Shown here: positions 30,460-39,962 of the stretch, one piece after another | Position numbering within the stretch: the stretch's first letter is position 1 | Layout of the letters: every line of letters begins with the position of its first letter | Program-made: the position numbers and the translations under genes | DNA from: Nitrospirota bacterium | GTDB lineage: Bacteria > Nitrospirota > UBA9217 | Direction of reading: 5' to 3' | NCBI GenBank assembly: GCA_035516175.1 | Contig: DATJAO010000062.1 | Coordinates: 14,040 to 78,039 of the forward strand | Length of the DNA: 64,000 bases | The notes under the pieces: generated by a model | Database searches by the model: none | What the model saw: the letters and a program-made list of their open reading frames with translations, nothing else | Told to the model about the DNA's origin: nothing

Positions 30460-31590
30460 ATGAAGGCGCGGTTACTGATTTCAGCATCCCGGACCATCCT
30501 GTTGTTATCTATGATGTTTCTCTCAGCATGTGGAGGGAACGAAGTTGGGAAGACACTGGCATTACCCGCTACATCCATGACCGTTGGCGTTCCGATAACA
30601 GACACGGTAGTATTAAACGGGTTCAATGCCTATACCGTGCCCGTGATTCCGGGTGGACTTTATAAGATGAGTATTACTGGTCTCACCGATGATGCCGATC
30701 TCCTGTTCTTTGGCACAGATAGCACCTTCACATTCCTCTCATCATGCGCCGTTGATAATACCAGACTCATCGGATTATCGTCCGAAGACTGTATCATAAA
30801 CGCGCCTGGAAATGCTCTCTATTTCGAAGTTGACGGGACATTCCTGTCAACCTCATCAGCGACCTTCAATATCGATGTGGAATTGCTAAGCCCGCCGGTC
30901 AATCTGATTCTCTCACTACCCTCATCCGACATGACTACCCAGACCAGCGCAGCGGCCTATGTTGTACCAGTCACGCCCGGTGTAGCCTACACAATCAGCA
31001 TCACCGGTCTTACGGATGACGCTGATCTTTTTATATTTGGAGATGACGTTACCTTTTCGTCGCCGGCGACATGCTCCATCGACAACACGCGCTTCATCGG
31101 AACGACGCCTGAGGACTGCACACTGACCTCCACGGGCGGGATGTTATATTTTATTGTTGACGGAATATTCAGTACGGCCCAATCGGTTACCTATACGACT
31201 CTCGTGACACCAGCTCCTTCAATAAGCAACGCTGTAAATGAGGGCTCAATTACTACTCCGGTAATCGTAAGCGTTGGCACCGCTTCATCTGGACAAGTGG
31301 GCCCAGCAGGAATCAGCTATTATGTCGCGAGCAATTTGACGCCGAACACGCGTTACACAGTAAGCATAACGGGTCTTACTAATGACGCCGATCTCAAGGC
31401 CTACACTGATAACACGTTTACGAATCCCGTGACCTGTTTACCTAATAGAAATAATACTGGCTTTGCAGGCACGACACCTGAGGATTGTTCGATATTTATC
31501 TCTGGCGGATCTTTGTATTTCTCTGTTAGCGCAGGCTCCGGAAACCTGAAGGGAGCTGGGTTTATTAATCTTGTTAATCTCGGGCCGTAG
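30460..31590 (+). CDS. Secreted lipoprotein with three tandem PPC (pre-peptidase C-terminal)-like domains
   Basis: 376 aa. Signal peptide with lipobox LSAC-GG. The block Y.VPV.PG..Y.ISITGLT(D/N)DADL..(F/Y)...TF.....C..DNT.F.G.(T/S)PEDC........LYF.V.G recurs three times. Confidence 0.75.
   Translation: MKARLLISASRTILLLSMMFLSACGGNEVGKTLALPATSMTVGVPITDTVVLNGFNAYTVPVIPGGLYKMSITGLTDDADLLFFGTDSTFTFLSSCAVDNTRLIGLSSEDCIINAPGNALYFEVDGTFLSTSSATFNIDVELLSPPVNLILSLPSSDMTTQTSAAAYVVPVTPGVAYTISITGLTDDADLFIFGDDVTFSSPATCSIDNTRFIGTTPEDCTLTSTGGMLYFIVDGIFSTAQSVTYTTLVTPAPSISNAVNEGSITTPVIVSVGTASSGQVGPAGISYYVASNLTPNTRYTVSITGLTNDADLKAYTDNTFTNPVTCLPNRNNTGFAGTTPEDCSIFISGGSLYFSVSAGSGNLKGAGFINLVNLGP
30580..31575 (+). 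repeat. Three protein-level tandem repeats of about 100 aa inside the lipoprotein gene (about 30580-30882, 30907-31206, 31243-31575)
   Basis: Aligned by eye from the translation. Repeats 1 and 2 are closest to each other. The ITGLTDDADL cores sit at aa 72-81, 181-190 and 302-311. Confidence 0.7.
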
Positions 31591-31635
31591 GGATGTTAAG
31601 GATAGCAAGCAATGACGGAAGAGCTCGCAGCTTGA

Positions 31636-32418
31636 TCAATCAAGCGATACGACGAAACTCCCCGGATATCCATGCTCGGAAAAGTTCGTCTCCGCCGCCT
31701 CTGCCGACTTCAACGACGTATGGTTGCCTGCATAGACACGATAAAATAATTCACCATAAACTATTGCGGGATGAATTTCGGAGAATCCTACAGCCTTCTT
31801 CATCTCCTCAGAGAGCTTCACCGCATTCTGGTAATCCTTAAAAGCGCCCACCTGAACAGTATAGTTTCCAGCATCATAGTTAACTTGGCTCGAATATTCC
31901 TCACGGCCTGCGGGGCCACCTACCCGGTACCCTAGCGCCTCGATCCGGACAGATGCGGTGCCGGCGACATCGATACCCAGCTTTTTCGCCGCGCCATAGG
32001 AGAGGTCGATGATTCTGCCTTTTACAAAGGGCCCTCGATCATTGATACGGACGATCGCCTCCCGCCCGTTGTCTCTATTGTATACCTTTACGTACACGCC
32101 AAGCGGGAGGGTCTTGTGTGCCGCTGTCATTGCGTTCATATCATAGATCTCGCCGTTGCTCGTGGTCTTGCCGTGAAAATCCTTTCCATACCAGCTTGCG
32201 ACCCCTGTCTGGACGAACCCCTCATGACTCTCGAGCGGCTCATATCGCTGACCATATACAGTGTATGGTCTCTGCGATGCGTTGGTTCCGCGCCTCGAGG
32301 GTTCCGGAGGTCTGGCAACATTCGTTCGTTTTACTCCGCAGGCGGAGAGTACCAGCGTACAACACAGAAGCAAAATAATACGTTTGACCATCCTTACCGT
32401 ACTCATTTGAACCCGCAT
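31636..32418 (-). CDS. rlpA: Septal ring lytic transglycosylase RlpA family lipoprotein (DPBB domain plus C-terminal SPOR domain)
   Basis: 260 aa. Lipobox LSAC-G, then ASWYGKDFHGKTTSNGEIYDMNAMTAAHKTLPLGVYVKVYN...IVRINDRGPF, and a SPOR-like C-terminus YTVQVGAFKDYQNA. An alternative start at M10 (32391) is possible. Confidence 0.9.
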   Translation of the reverse strand: MRVQMSTVRMVKRIILLLCCTLVLSACGVKRTNVARPPEPSRRGTNASQRPYTVYGQRYEPLESHEGFVQTGVASWYGKDFHGKTTSNGEIYDMNAMTAAHKTLPLGVYVKVYNRDNGREAIVRINDRGPFVKGRIIDLSYGAAKKLGIDVAGTASVRIEALGYRVGGPAGREEYSSQVNYDAGNYTVQVGAFKDYQNAVKLSEEMKKAVGFSEIHPAIVYGELFYRVYAGNHTSLKSAEAAETNFSEHGYPGSFVVSLD

Positions 32419-32565
32419 CTATGCATGGCACATATTTCCGGAACGAAATTGTTCATAATCTTCGCAAGCGGTGATATAATACAAACTATCTCCTCATAGA
32501 GCAATAAGAAAATCAGGTTCTTTTTTTTAATGAAAAACACAGCTAAAAAAATGTAAGAGCCCACC

Positions 32566-32870
32566 ATGAACAGGACCATCAAGCCCCTGGACCTCAGGTC
32601 TATGCTCTGATCACGTCAGGATATCGCCATTCTCGATGTTCCGAGGAAGGCAGATTACGATGCTGGTCATGATGTTCTCCCCGATGCCGAGTGGCGCGAA
32701 CCTGACAAAGTGGCAGCATGGATCATGGACCTGCCGAGGGACAAAGAAATCGTGATCTACTGTGGGCGCGGCGGTTCAGTGCGCAATCCTTGATCAGCTC
32801 TTTCGCAAGAAGACGACATTACCGCGTGAAAAAGGCCGATGGCAAAATCATAGAAACGCTTTCTAGGCGA
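32566..32870 (+). pseudogene. Decayed rhodanese-domain gene with in-frame stops and a likely frameshift
   Basis: Hand translation from the ATG at 32566 gives MNRTIKPLDLRSML*SRQDIAILDVPRKADYDAGHDVLPDAEWREPDKVAAWIMDLPRDKEIVIYCGRGGSVRNP*... The TGA codons are at 32608 and 32791. The rhodanese-like pattern, including the active-site loop YCGRGG, is still readable. The C-terminal part only continues in another frame. Confidence 0.55.
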
Positions 32871-32884
32871 ATATTGGGGTAACT

Positions 32885-34513
32885 ATGAACGAGAGCGAAA
32901 AGGGTGCTCCAGCACAGCTCAAGGTGTATCGTCCGGTCCGTCCGCCTGCCGGGCAGGACTCCCCGGATGAACTCCTCGTCAAATTCCGCATCTACCTGCC
33001 CGACCGACCCGGTTCTCTGGCCGGTTTCGCCACCACCATCGCCCGTGTCGGCGGGAACATCTCGTTCTTTCACTATGACCGTTCAACGGACAGCAGCCGT
33101 GTTGCCGTTGAGGTGCAGCTCGAAGGAGAAGACAGCCTTAGCGTACTCCTGCAATACCTCCGGGAGAACCAGTACGGATTCGAAATCGTGAGGGGCGGAC
33201 CGGACGAGGTGCTGGTCACGACTGTTGAAAGCATTCTCGAAATTAATGTCCGGCTGGTCAACAGGTCTGGTTCCCTCGCCTCTTTTGCCCGGCTCCTTGC
33301 CGGGCACGACGCAAACGTCATCTACATGCTTTACGACGAAGACATCGACCCCGAATCCGCGGACATCGTTATGGCCACGGCGAACCCGCAGGAGGTCAAC
33401 GCGCTCCTGCAGGCCGTTAATGAAGACGGATATCACTACCGCGTCGTTTACCGGGGCAGCAACGAGCAGGAGGCAGCGCATATCATCGGTCTCAAGATGG
33501 TGGAGAAGTTTTTCCTGCGCCTCAAGAAGCTCCTCCCGTCGAGCGATGTTGCGGAGATCAAATCCCTCGTGGAATCATCCCGGGAGTTGTATCAGGACCT
33601 GGTACACTTCGCTGCTGAAGCCGGAAACAATCTTGAGGCAGGCGATGTGTTCGAGACGGTTCTTACCTTCGCGTCGCGCGCGCGGAGCCGGACCGGAGAA
33701 AATTTCTCGGCAACGGCGATGCTACCGCTGCGCTTCCACAACTGGGTGACGCTCCACGGCTTCCGCCTGCCATCGAGCGAGAACTTCTATCTGCTGCGCG
33801 ACGGCGACGACCTGACCATGATCGACGCCGGTCACGGTATATATTACGAGGACATCAAGCGGCTAATCAGGAATCTGGGGATGGACCCAGCATGGGTAAG
33901 AAGGATCTACGTCACCCATCCCGATACGGACCACGCCGGCACGTCCGGATACTTCGAACAGGAGTTCGGGACTGCGGTCTTCATGCACCCGGGCAGCGCA
34001 GATGTCATCACGCACATGAATCGGGCGCACGGGATTTCAGGCAGCCTGCTGAACCTGAATAAGTACTACACCCGGCTTTCAAGCAGATTTACGGAGTGCC
34101 GGTTCCCCTCCCGGCCGCACCATTTCTCCACCAACGAGCGGGAAGAAAGAGGATCATTCTGGATCATCGACACCTTTAAGGTCGGCCCGCTCCTGTTCGA
34201 GGTGCTCGAAAGCCACGGCGGCCATACGCCCGGGCTTGTCTTTTACCTGAATCGAGAATTCGGGCTGCTCTTCACCTCGGACTTTCTCTTGAACGTGCGG
34301 AGCCTCTCACCCGAAGAGAAAGAACACCTGGGCATCTACCGGTATCTGCTCACGAGCCCGAACAGCGATTCCCGGGTCTATAAAGAAGAGACTGCGGCAT
34401 TGAAAGAAATGATGCTCTCTCTTGATCGTGAATTGGGGGCTCACGGCAGGCAAGGGTACATTTTTCCGGGTCACGGCGATTATTATCCTGTTTCGGGCCT
34501 GATAGATAAGTGA
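32885..34513 (+). CDS. Two N-terminal ACT domains fused to an MBL-fold metallo-hydrolase domain
   Basis: 542 aa. ACT-like segments are FRIYLPDRPGSLAGFATTIARVGGNISFFHY and INVRLVNRSGSLASFARLLAGHDANVIYMLY. The MBL segment is LTMIDAGHG...IYVTHPDTDHAGTSGYF...HGGHTPG. Confidence 0.72.
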   Translation: MNESEKGAPAQLKVYRPVRPPAGQDSPDELLVKFRIYLPDRPGSLAGFATTIARVGGNISFFHYDRSTDSSRVAVEVQLEGEDSLSVLLQYLRENQYGFEIVRGGPDEVLVTTVESILEINVRLVNRSGSLASFARLLAGHDANVIYMLYDEDIDPESADIVMATANPQEVNALLQAVNEDGYHYRVVYRGSNEQEAAHIIGLKMVEKFFLRLKKLLPSSDVAEIKSLVESSRELYQDLVHFAAEAGNNLEAGDVFETVLTFASRARSRTGENFSATAMLPLRFHNWVTLHGFRLPSSENFYLLRDGDDLTMIDAGHGIYYEDIKRLIRNLGMDPAWVRRIYVTHPDTDHAGTSGYFEQEFGTAVFMHPGSADVITHMNRAHGISGSLLNLNKYYTRLSSRFTECRFPSRPHHFSTNEREERGSFWIIDTFKVGPLLFEVLESHGGHTPGLVFYLNREFGLLFTSDFLLNVRSLSPEEKEHLGIYRYLLTSPNSDSRVYKEETAALKEMMLSLDRELGAHGRQGYIFPGHGDYYPVSGLIDK

Positions 34514-34527
34514 TCAGGCGGTTCGTG

Positions 34528-35481
34528 TTACAGAGTCGCCCGTATTGTGTCGAGCCCGTCGTTGTAATGATCTCGCCCTGGATGAATCTGGGCGATCAGG
34601 TGGGGAGAAAATATCTTTTCCTGCGCTATCTCCGACCCAATATATCCGAGTTTCTTTAAAACCGTAACAAACTTCATGGTCGATTTTATGTAGCCTTCGG
34701 TAAGCTGGGCGCAGTACTTTGGGGAAAGCATGAGCGTTTCGAGAACGAAGCGCTCATCAACGATGCCGACGTAATCGGCAATCAACCGCGCAGCGTCAGC
34801 TGGACGTCTCCTGATGAATTCGGTTGCTTCCTCATGGAGTCCGATAAATTTCTCTACCGTCGTCGTTTCCCGTGTTAAATATCCGCTGTCCACAACAATC
34901 CCGTAGCTTGGGTTATCGGGCCAGAGCCTCGACGGCGGGTAGAGCACCCTGCCGCCGGCGAAACGCTTGATCGCGATGGCCAGAGCGGGTGTGCCGACGG
35001 CAGCAGATACGTCGTTGTTGACCACAGCCTCGGTCACCAGATCCGCCCAGGGATAATTGATAATCTCGATCTCCCTCGCGAAGCCGAATCGGTTAATGCA
35101 GTCAAATAAGATAACGTCGTGGATGGAACCCTTTCCTGGTACGCCGATCCTGCGCCCCCGGAACTGCCTCAGTATCATTCCCAGGTCCTCGGTCTCCGGA
35201 AATCCTGTCCACTGCGCCTTCCCAGCCATGACCGTACCTTCCACATGTCCGCCTGCCACGCAGGTCACCTTGATCCCCTGGTCTATGCCGATTATAGCGG
35301 GCGGTAGCCCGATGTACGCCATATCAAGTTCGCCCCTGCTGAAGGCCTTCATGATCGCTGGACCGGTGCCCATGAGCTTCCATTCTATCTCTGCGCCAAC
35401 TCGAGAATCCGTGTCTCCCTTTGCCATCAATAGAATCGCAGTATGGTAGAAGGTTGAGAGATGTCCAATCCGGATTTTCAT
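34528..35481 (-). CDS. NMT1/THI5-like (SsuA/TauA-type) periplasmic-binding-protein fold protein without a signal peptide
   Basis: 317 aa. It starts MKIRIGHLSTFYHTAILLMAKGD with no hydrophobic leader or lipobox. The type II PBP-like pattern GELDMAYIGLPPAIIG is present. Confidence 0.6.
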   Translation of the reverse strand: MKIRIGHLSTFYHTAILLMAKGDTDSRVGAEIEWKLMGTGPAIMKAFSRGELDMAYIGLPPAIIGIDQGIKVTCVAGGHVEGTVMAGKAQWTGFPETEDLGMILRQFRGRRIGVPGKGSIHDVILFDCINRFGFAREIEIINYPWADLVTEAVVNNDVSAAVGTPALAIAIKRFAGGRVLYPPSRLWPDNPSYGIVVDSGYLTRETTTVEKFIGLHEEATEFIRRRPADAARLIADYVGIVDERFVLETLMLSPKYCAQLTEGYIKSTMKFVTVLKKLGYIGSEIAQEKIFSPHLIAQIHPGRDHYNDGLDTIRATL

Positions 35482-35579
35482 TGGTTATGTCATTCCTCGC
35501 AGATTGAGTGCAGGTGCCTGTAAATATAATAATCGCCATGACCGTCGGAGTCAAGCACTGTAAAACGGCTGCTTTCCTA

Positions 35580-35608
35580 TTGATGGGGCAGGTGCAGTGT
35601 GTTAATAT
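35580..35608 (+). promoter_or_regulatory. Candidate sigma-70 promoter (TTGATG-17 nt-TAATAT) for the histidine kinase gene
   Basis: TTGATG at 35580-35585, 17-nt spacer, TAATAT at 35603-35608. The ATG at 35617 lies about 9 nt after the -10 element. Confidence 0.4.
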
Positions 35609-35616
35609 GATAACGT

Positions 35617-37647
35617 ATGAAAATTATGATCGACAGGGACAGTTCAGAGTTATTAAAAGCGCTCGATGTTCTGAGCATGCCTGCCTTCGTTGTCGACAAA
35701 GAATGGACTATCCTTTCCTGTAATGACAATGTTCACGCGTTCTTCGATTACGATCGCGTTGAGGTTATCGGTCGGAATCTCGATAAATTCATATCCCTTG
35801 ACAATATTCTCCGGGAGCGCGAGTCCACCGCCCTTTCTCCATCTGCAAATGACGCGACCGAGGGAGAAGCCTCATCGTCCCTGCGAACCTTCTGTTTCCC
35901 CAAGAACGGCAGTCCCATGGCATCCCGGATAGCGGTTATCCCGATTAGAAACCATCGTCCGGACAGGATGATCATCGCAGTCCGTGACGCGCCCGGCCAA
36001 AAGGCCGCGTCTGCCGATACCGGATCCAAGCTGCACCGGGAGAGGACTACGCAAGGTGAGCTGATCAACGAGCTGAGCAGCATCATCAATTCCAGCCTGA
36101 GCATCGGGACGATCTTCCGAATGGTTGTCTCCGAGTTGCGGAAAATCATCGACTACAATAGGGCAAGTCTGTTGCTTTATAATGAAAAGGACGACAATCT
36201 CCTGATCTTCGCCCTGGATACGGAGATGAAGACGGTAATGAAAAAAGGAGTGAAGGCCCCGATTGAAGGGACCAGCGCCGGCTGGGTCGTGCAGAATAAC
36301 AAGCCCTGGATCAGCTACGATTTGAACGACACGGTATTCCCCCTGGACAGGAAGCTGTTGAGCGAGGGCATCCGTTCGACGATCAGCATCCCCTTATTCC
36401 ATGACCGTATGCTCGGGGTATTCAATTTTGACAGCACCAAGCCTTCACACTACTCGGAGAAGGACTTCAATATTCTGCTCCCCGTGGCAAAGCATATTGC
36501 CGTCGCTCTTGAGAACGCGCTCCTGTTTGAAGAGATCTCGAAGGAAAAGAAGGAGTGGGAGCGTACCTTCGACGCCATTACCGACATGGTCTGGATCGAG
36601 GACGGCAGGCAGCAGGTGATCCGTGCGAACCACACCCTGTTGATGAGAACAGGGTATTCCAAGACGGAGATCACGGACAAGCACTGCGCGGAGATCCTCG
36701 AGAGAATCGGCGTCGTGCTGACCGGCGGGTGTCTTTGTTCCGAGACGCTCTCGTGCAAAAGACCGTCGTTCCAGGAGCTGAAAAACGGCATTGGCAGCAT
36801 TTTCCATTTCTGGGCCTATCCACTCATCGACGAGGAGGGCAGTCTCTATGCCATTGTTCACTACCTCAAGGACGTGACATCACAGAAGAGGCTCGAACAG
36901 CAGCTCATCCGGTCGGACAAACTCGCTTCCTTGGGCACACTCGTCGCGGGTATCGCCCACGAGATCAACAACCCCCTAGGGATCATCGCGGGCTACTCCG
37001 AGGCACTCCTCGACCGGGCCCGTGACAAGTCTCTTGCCGGCATCCGAGAATTTGAGGATTTTCCCGAGTATCTCAAGACCATCCACAATGAAATCTTCCG
37101 TTGTAAAACGATCCTCAAGAGCCTGCTTGAGTTCGCACGTCCGTCCGGAGGGACCTTCCGCGAGATCGATATTAACGAGCTAATCAAGGAAGTACTTCTC
37201 CTGCTCCAGCACCGGACAGCCCGGCTGAAGCACACGATCGAACTCAATTTGAACCGCGCTGTCCCGAAGATCTATGCCGATGCAGGCAGCCTCCGACAGC
37301 TCCTCATGAACCTCCTGCTGAACGCCATTTACTTCACGCCCGAGGGCGGAAACATCTTCATCAAGACTGAACTGGACGATACCTCACAGGATCAGGGAGT
37401 CAAGGGTTGTCGGAGCCGGATCCGGCTGTCCGTCAGAGACACAGGCACAGGAATCCCCAGCGACCTCATCGACAAAATCTTTGATCCGTTCTTCACCACC
37501 AAGCCTGTTGGTGAAGGCACGGGCCTTGGCCTTACGATCTGTCACAAAATCGTGGAAGAGCACGGTGGCACCATCGATGTGGAAAGCGAACCCGAAAAGG
37601 GCGCAACCTTCATCATCACTCTGCCGACGATCCTATGCAGGGAGTAA
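35617..37647 (+). CDS. Cytoplasmic PAS-GAF-PAS sensor histidine kinase
   Basis: 676 aa with no TM segment. H box [17 protein letters not shown] box [15 protein letters not shown] boxes RDTGTGIP and GEGTGLGL. Confidence 0.9.
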   Translation: MKIMIDRDSSELLKALDVLSMPAFVVDKEWTILSCNDNVHAFFDYDRVEVIGRNLDKFISLDNILRERESTALSPSANDATEGEASSSLRTFCFPKNGSPMASRIAVIPIRNHRPDRMIIAVRDAPGQKAASADTGSKLHRERTTQGELINELSSIINSSLSIGTIFRMVVSELRKIIDYNRASLLLYNEKDDNLLIFALDTEMKTVMKKGVKAPIEGTSAGWVVQNNKPWISYDLNDTVFPLDRKLLSEGIRSTISIPLFHDRMLGVFNFDSTKPSHYSEKDFNILLPVAKHIAVALENALLFEEISKEKKEWERTFDAITDMVWIEDGRQQVIRANHTLLMRTGYSKTEITDKHCAEILERIGVVLTGGCLCSETLSCKRPSFQELKNGIGSIFHFWAYPLIDEEGSLYAIVHYLKDVTSQKRLEQQLIRSDKLASLGTLVAGIAHEINNPLGIIAGYSEALLDRARDKSLAGIREFEDFPEYLKTIHNEIFRCKTILKSLLEFARPSGGTFREIDINELIKEVLLLLQHRTARLKHTIELNLNRAVPKIYADAGSLRQLLMNLLLNAIYFTPEGGNIFIKTELDDTSQDQGVKGCRSRIRLSVRDTGTGIPSDLIDKIFDPFFTTKPVGEGTGLGLTICHKIVEEHGGTIDVESEPEKGATFIITLPTILCRE

Positions 37648-37768
37648 AAAAAGAATAATGCGAATCGCGGAGACACTAAGTACGCAGAGATTTTTAAGGG
37701 CTTTAAAAATAAAAAGCTTAAGGATTTTCTTGTTGCCTTGGTGTCTGAGCTGCATATGAAATTTCGTT

Positions 37769-39100
37769 ATGATCAACGTACTTGTCGTCGATGACGAAGA
37801 GCCGTTCAGAAGGCTCCTGAAGAAAGAACTTACTCGAAAAGGTTATGCTGTCGAGGTTGCGCCCGACGGTAGTGAGGCCTTGCGTCTCCTTCACGACAAA
37901 TCTTTCGACGTGATCCTCTTGGACGTTGTTATGCCCGGCATTGACGGCATATCGCTCATGAAAAAGCTGAAGGACGATTCGGGTACTCCGGCGATCATCG
38001 TCCTTACGGGCAAGGCCACGGTCGAGACGGCAGTCGAGGCCATGAAAAATGGGGCCTACGACTACCTCACCAAGCCGTACAAGCTGGATGAACTGGTGAT
38101 TGTCATCGATCGAGCGTACGAATACAGCCGCCTAAGCGTCAAGAGCAAGCTGCTGGAGCAGGAGCTGGTCCGGAAAGAATCGCCGTTCGAATTCATCGGA
38201 AGGTCCAGACAGCTCCGTGACATCCTCGCGCTTATCCAGAAAGTTGCGCCCACCGACTCACCGGTGTTCATCCAGGGCGAAAGCGGGACAGGCAAGGAAC
38301 TCGTGGCAAACACAGTCTGGCACTTCAGCACGCGGAAGGACGCGCCGTTCATTGCGCTGAACTGCGCCTCCTTGACGGAGAACCTCATGGAGTCCGAGAT
38401 CTTTGGTCACGAGAAGGGCGCCTTCACCAGCGCCTACCAGATGAAGCATGGTCTCGTCGAAGTGGCGGACAAGGGAACGCTCTTCCTTGACGAGATCGGC
38501 GAGATGCCCATCGGGCTCCAGGCAAAGCTTCTCCGGTTCCTCGATTCCGGCGAGTTCCGGAGGGTGGGCGGGAATAAAACTCTCTCCGTGGACGTGCGCA
38601 TGATCGCTGCCACGAACAAAGATCTCACAGGCATGATCAAAACGGGGAAATTCCGGGAAGACCTGTACTACCGTTTGAACGTGATCAACCTCACGATCCC
38701 TGCGCTCCGGGAGCGGAAGGAAGATATACCCGAGCTGTCGCGGCATTTTCTCAAGAAGTATGCCAATAAGTTGTCCAAAGCCATTATGGATTTCACACCT
38801 GAGGCGCTTGAGTTGCTGGCTGGGTATCACTGGCCGGGCAATGTACGAGAACTCGAGAACGTGGTGGAGCGGGCGGTGATCCTCTGCGAATCCGATCGCA
38901 TCGAGGCCATTGACCTCTCCATCCCGTCCTCTGCGTCCGTAGCGGAACTCGGTACCAACCCGTCCCTCGAAGAAATGGAGAAAGCCTTTATCCTCAGGAT
39001 CCTGAAAGAAGCAGGCAACAACCAGTCCAAGGCGAGCCAGCTCCTCGGTATTGACCGAAAGACCCTTTATCTCAAACTAAAAAAATACGGGATCAATTGA
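37769..39100 (+). CDS. Sigma-54-dependent response regulator (NtrC/AtoC family: receiver, AAA+ and HTH domains)
   Basis: 443 aa. Receiver VLVVDDE...DVILLDVVMPG. AAA+ domain GESGTGKELVA, GAFTSA (GAFTGA variant) and ESEIFGHEKG. C-terminal Fis-type HTH QSKASQLLGIDRKTLYLKLKKYGI. Confidence 0.95.
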   Translation: MINVLVVDDEEPFRRLLKKELTRKGYAVEVAPDGSEALRLLHDKSFDVILLDVVMPGIDGISLMKKLKDDSGTPAIIVLTGKATVETAVEAMKNGAYDYLTKPYKLDELVIVIDRAYEYSRLSVKSKLLEQELVRKESPFEFIGRSRQLRDILALIQKVAPTDSPVFIQGESGTGKELVANTVWHFSTRKDAPFIALNCASLTENLMESEIFGHEKGAFTSAYQMKHGLVEVADKGTLFLDEIGEMPIGLQAKLLRFLDSGEFRRVGGNKTLSVDVRMIAATNKDLTGMIKTGKFREDLYYRLNVINLTIPALRERKEDIPELSRHFLKKYANKLSKAIMDFTPEALELLAGYHWPGNVRELENVVERAVILCESDRIEAIDLSIPSSASVAELGTNPSLEEMEKAFILRILKEAGNNQSKASQLLGIDRKTLYLKLKKYGIN

Positions 39101-39962
39101 TTGCGCTTCGAAAGGCCTCTTGCTTCAATCCCTCGCCTATGATCACAATTCTGCTGTCCTCAATATCCCTCTCAAACGGAACTCTGTCCACTTTCCCAAG
39201 GACAATATCGAATCGATACGGACCTTTCTCTGTCTGAACCAAAGCCTTTGCCCTCACGATGGTTCCGTACTTTCCCCGAGCCAATTCATTGAACCGCTTA
39301 TTAAAAGAGTCAAAATCCACGGTCTTCTCCAGTCTGATCGCCATTGTATTAAAATTGAAATGAGCATGATGGCTTCTCGGGTCTCTTGCCATACGTGGTA
39401 TCTCGGTCATGGGTTCCCTGATTTCAGCATTCACGGTGCGGAATAGGACTGCCCGGGGGTTGATGGTTCCGATGCGGTTGATTGCCTCGACGGTCATCTC
39501 TTCCCTTACAAGGTCCGTCTTGTTGACCAGGATAACGTCGGCGCACGTGATTTGGTCCTCGAAAAAGCTGCCATACATCCCTGAATCGTAAAGCTCCGTG
39601 AATTCCGTGGCATCGATAATTCCGACCACACTTACCAATTCGGCACCAGCGCTCGCGAGTGCTTCGAGTACGCCGGAGGGCGATGCCACACCGCTCGGCT
39701 CAATCAACAAATGTTCCGGCGAGAACTCCTTGGCGATCTTATTGATCGTCGTGATCAAATCAAATTTGAGCGTGCAGCACACGCATCCGCTCGGCAGCTC
39801 GACGGATTCTATACCGCCTGCGGAAAAGATCTCACCATCGATGCCGGCTGTGCCGAAGTCATTCACCAGCACCACGGCCTTCTCTGTCATGCCTTTCACG
39901 AAGTTCCTGATGAAAGTCGTCTTACCTGACCCCAGTAAGCCGCACACAACCGTTATCTTCAT
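39093..39962 (-). CDS. CobW/YjiA-type G3E family metallochaperone GTPase
   Basis: 289 aa. Motifs VVCGLLGSGKTTF, the CxCC motif GCVCCTL, and LVNKTDL. Confidence 0.85.
   Translation of the reverse strand: MKITVVCGLLGSGKTTFIRNFVKGMTEKAVVLVNDFGTAGIDGEIFSAGGIESVELPSGCVCCTLKFDLITTINKIAKEFSPEHLLIEPSGVASPSGVLEALASAGAELVSVVGIIDATEFTELYDSGMYGSFFEDQITCADVILVNKTDLVREEMTVEAINRIGTINPRAVLFRTVNAEIREPMTEIPRMARDPRSHHAHFNFNTMAIRLEKTVDFDSFNKRFNELARGKYGTIVRAKALVQTEKGPYRFDIVLGKVDRVPFERDIEDSRIVIIGEGLKQEAFRSAIN

Noticed and set aside
32608-32793. TGA codons in the rhodanese relic as possible selenocysteine, or as evidence of a genome-wide TGA reassignment
   Set aside because: The catalytic Cys is encoded by TGT. 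The TGAs are at non-catalytic positions with no downstream hairpin. A frameshift is also needed to read the tail. Many clearly complete genes in the window terminate at TGA (for example the GIY-YIG, acuC and comDE genes), so TGA is a normal stop here.
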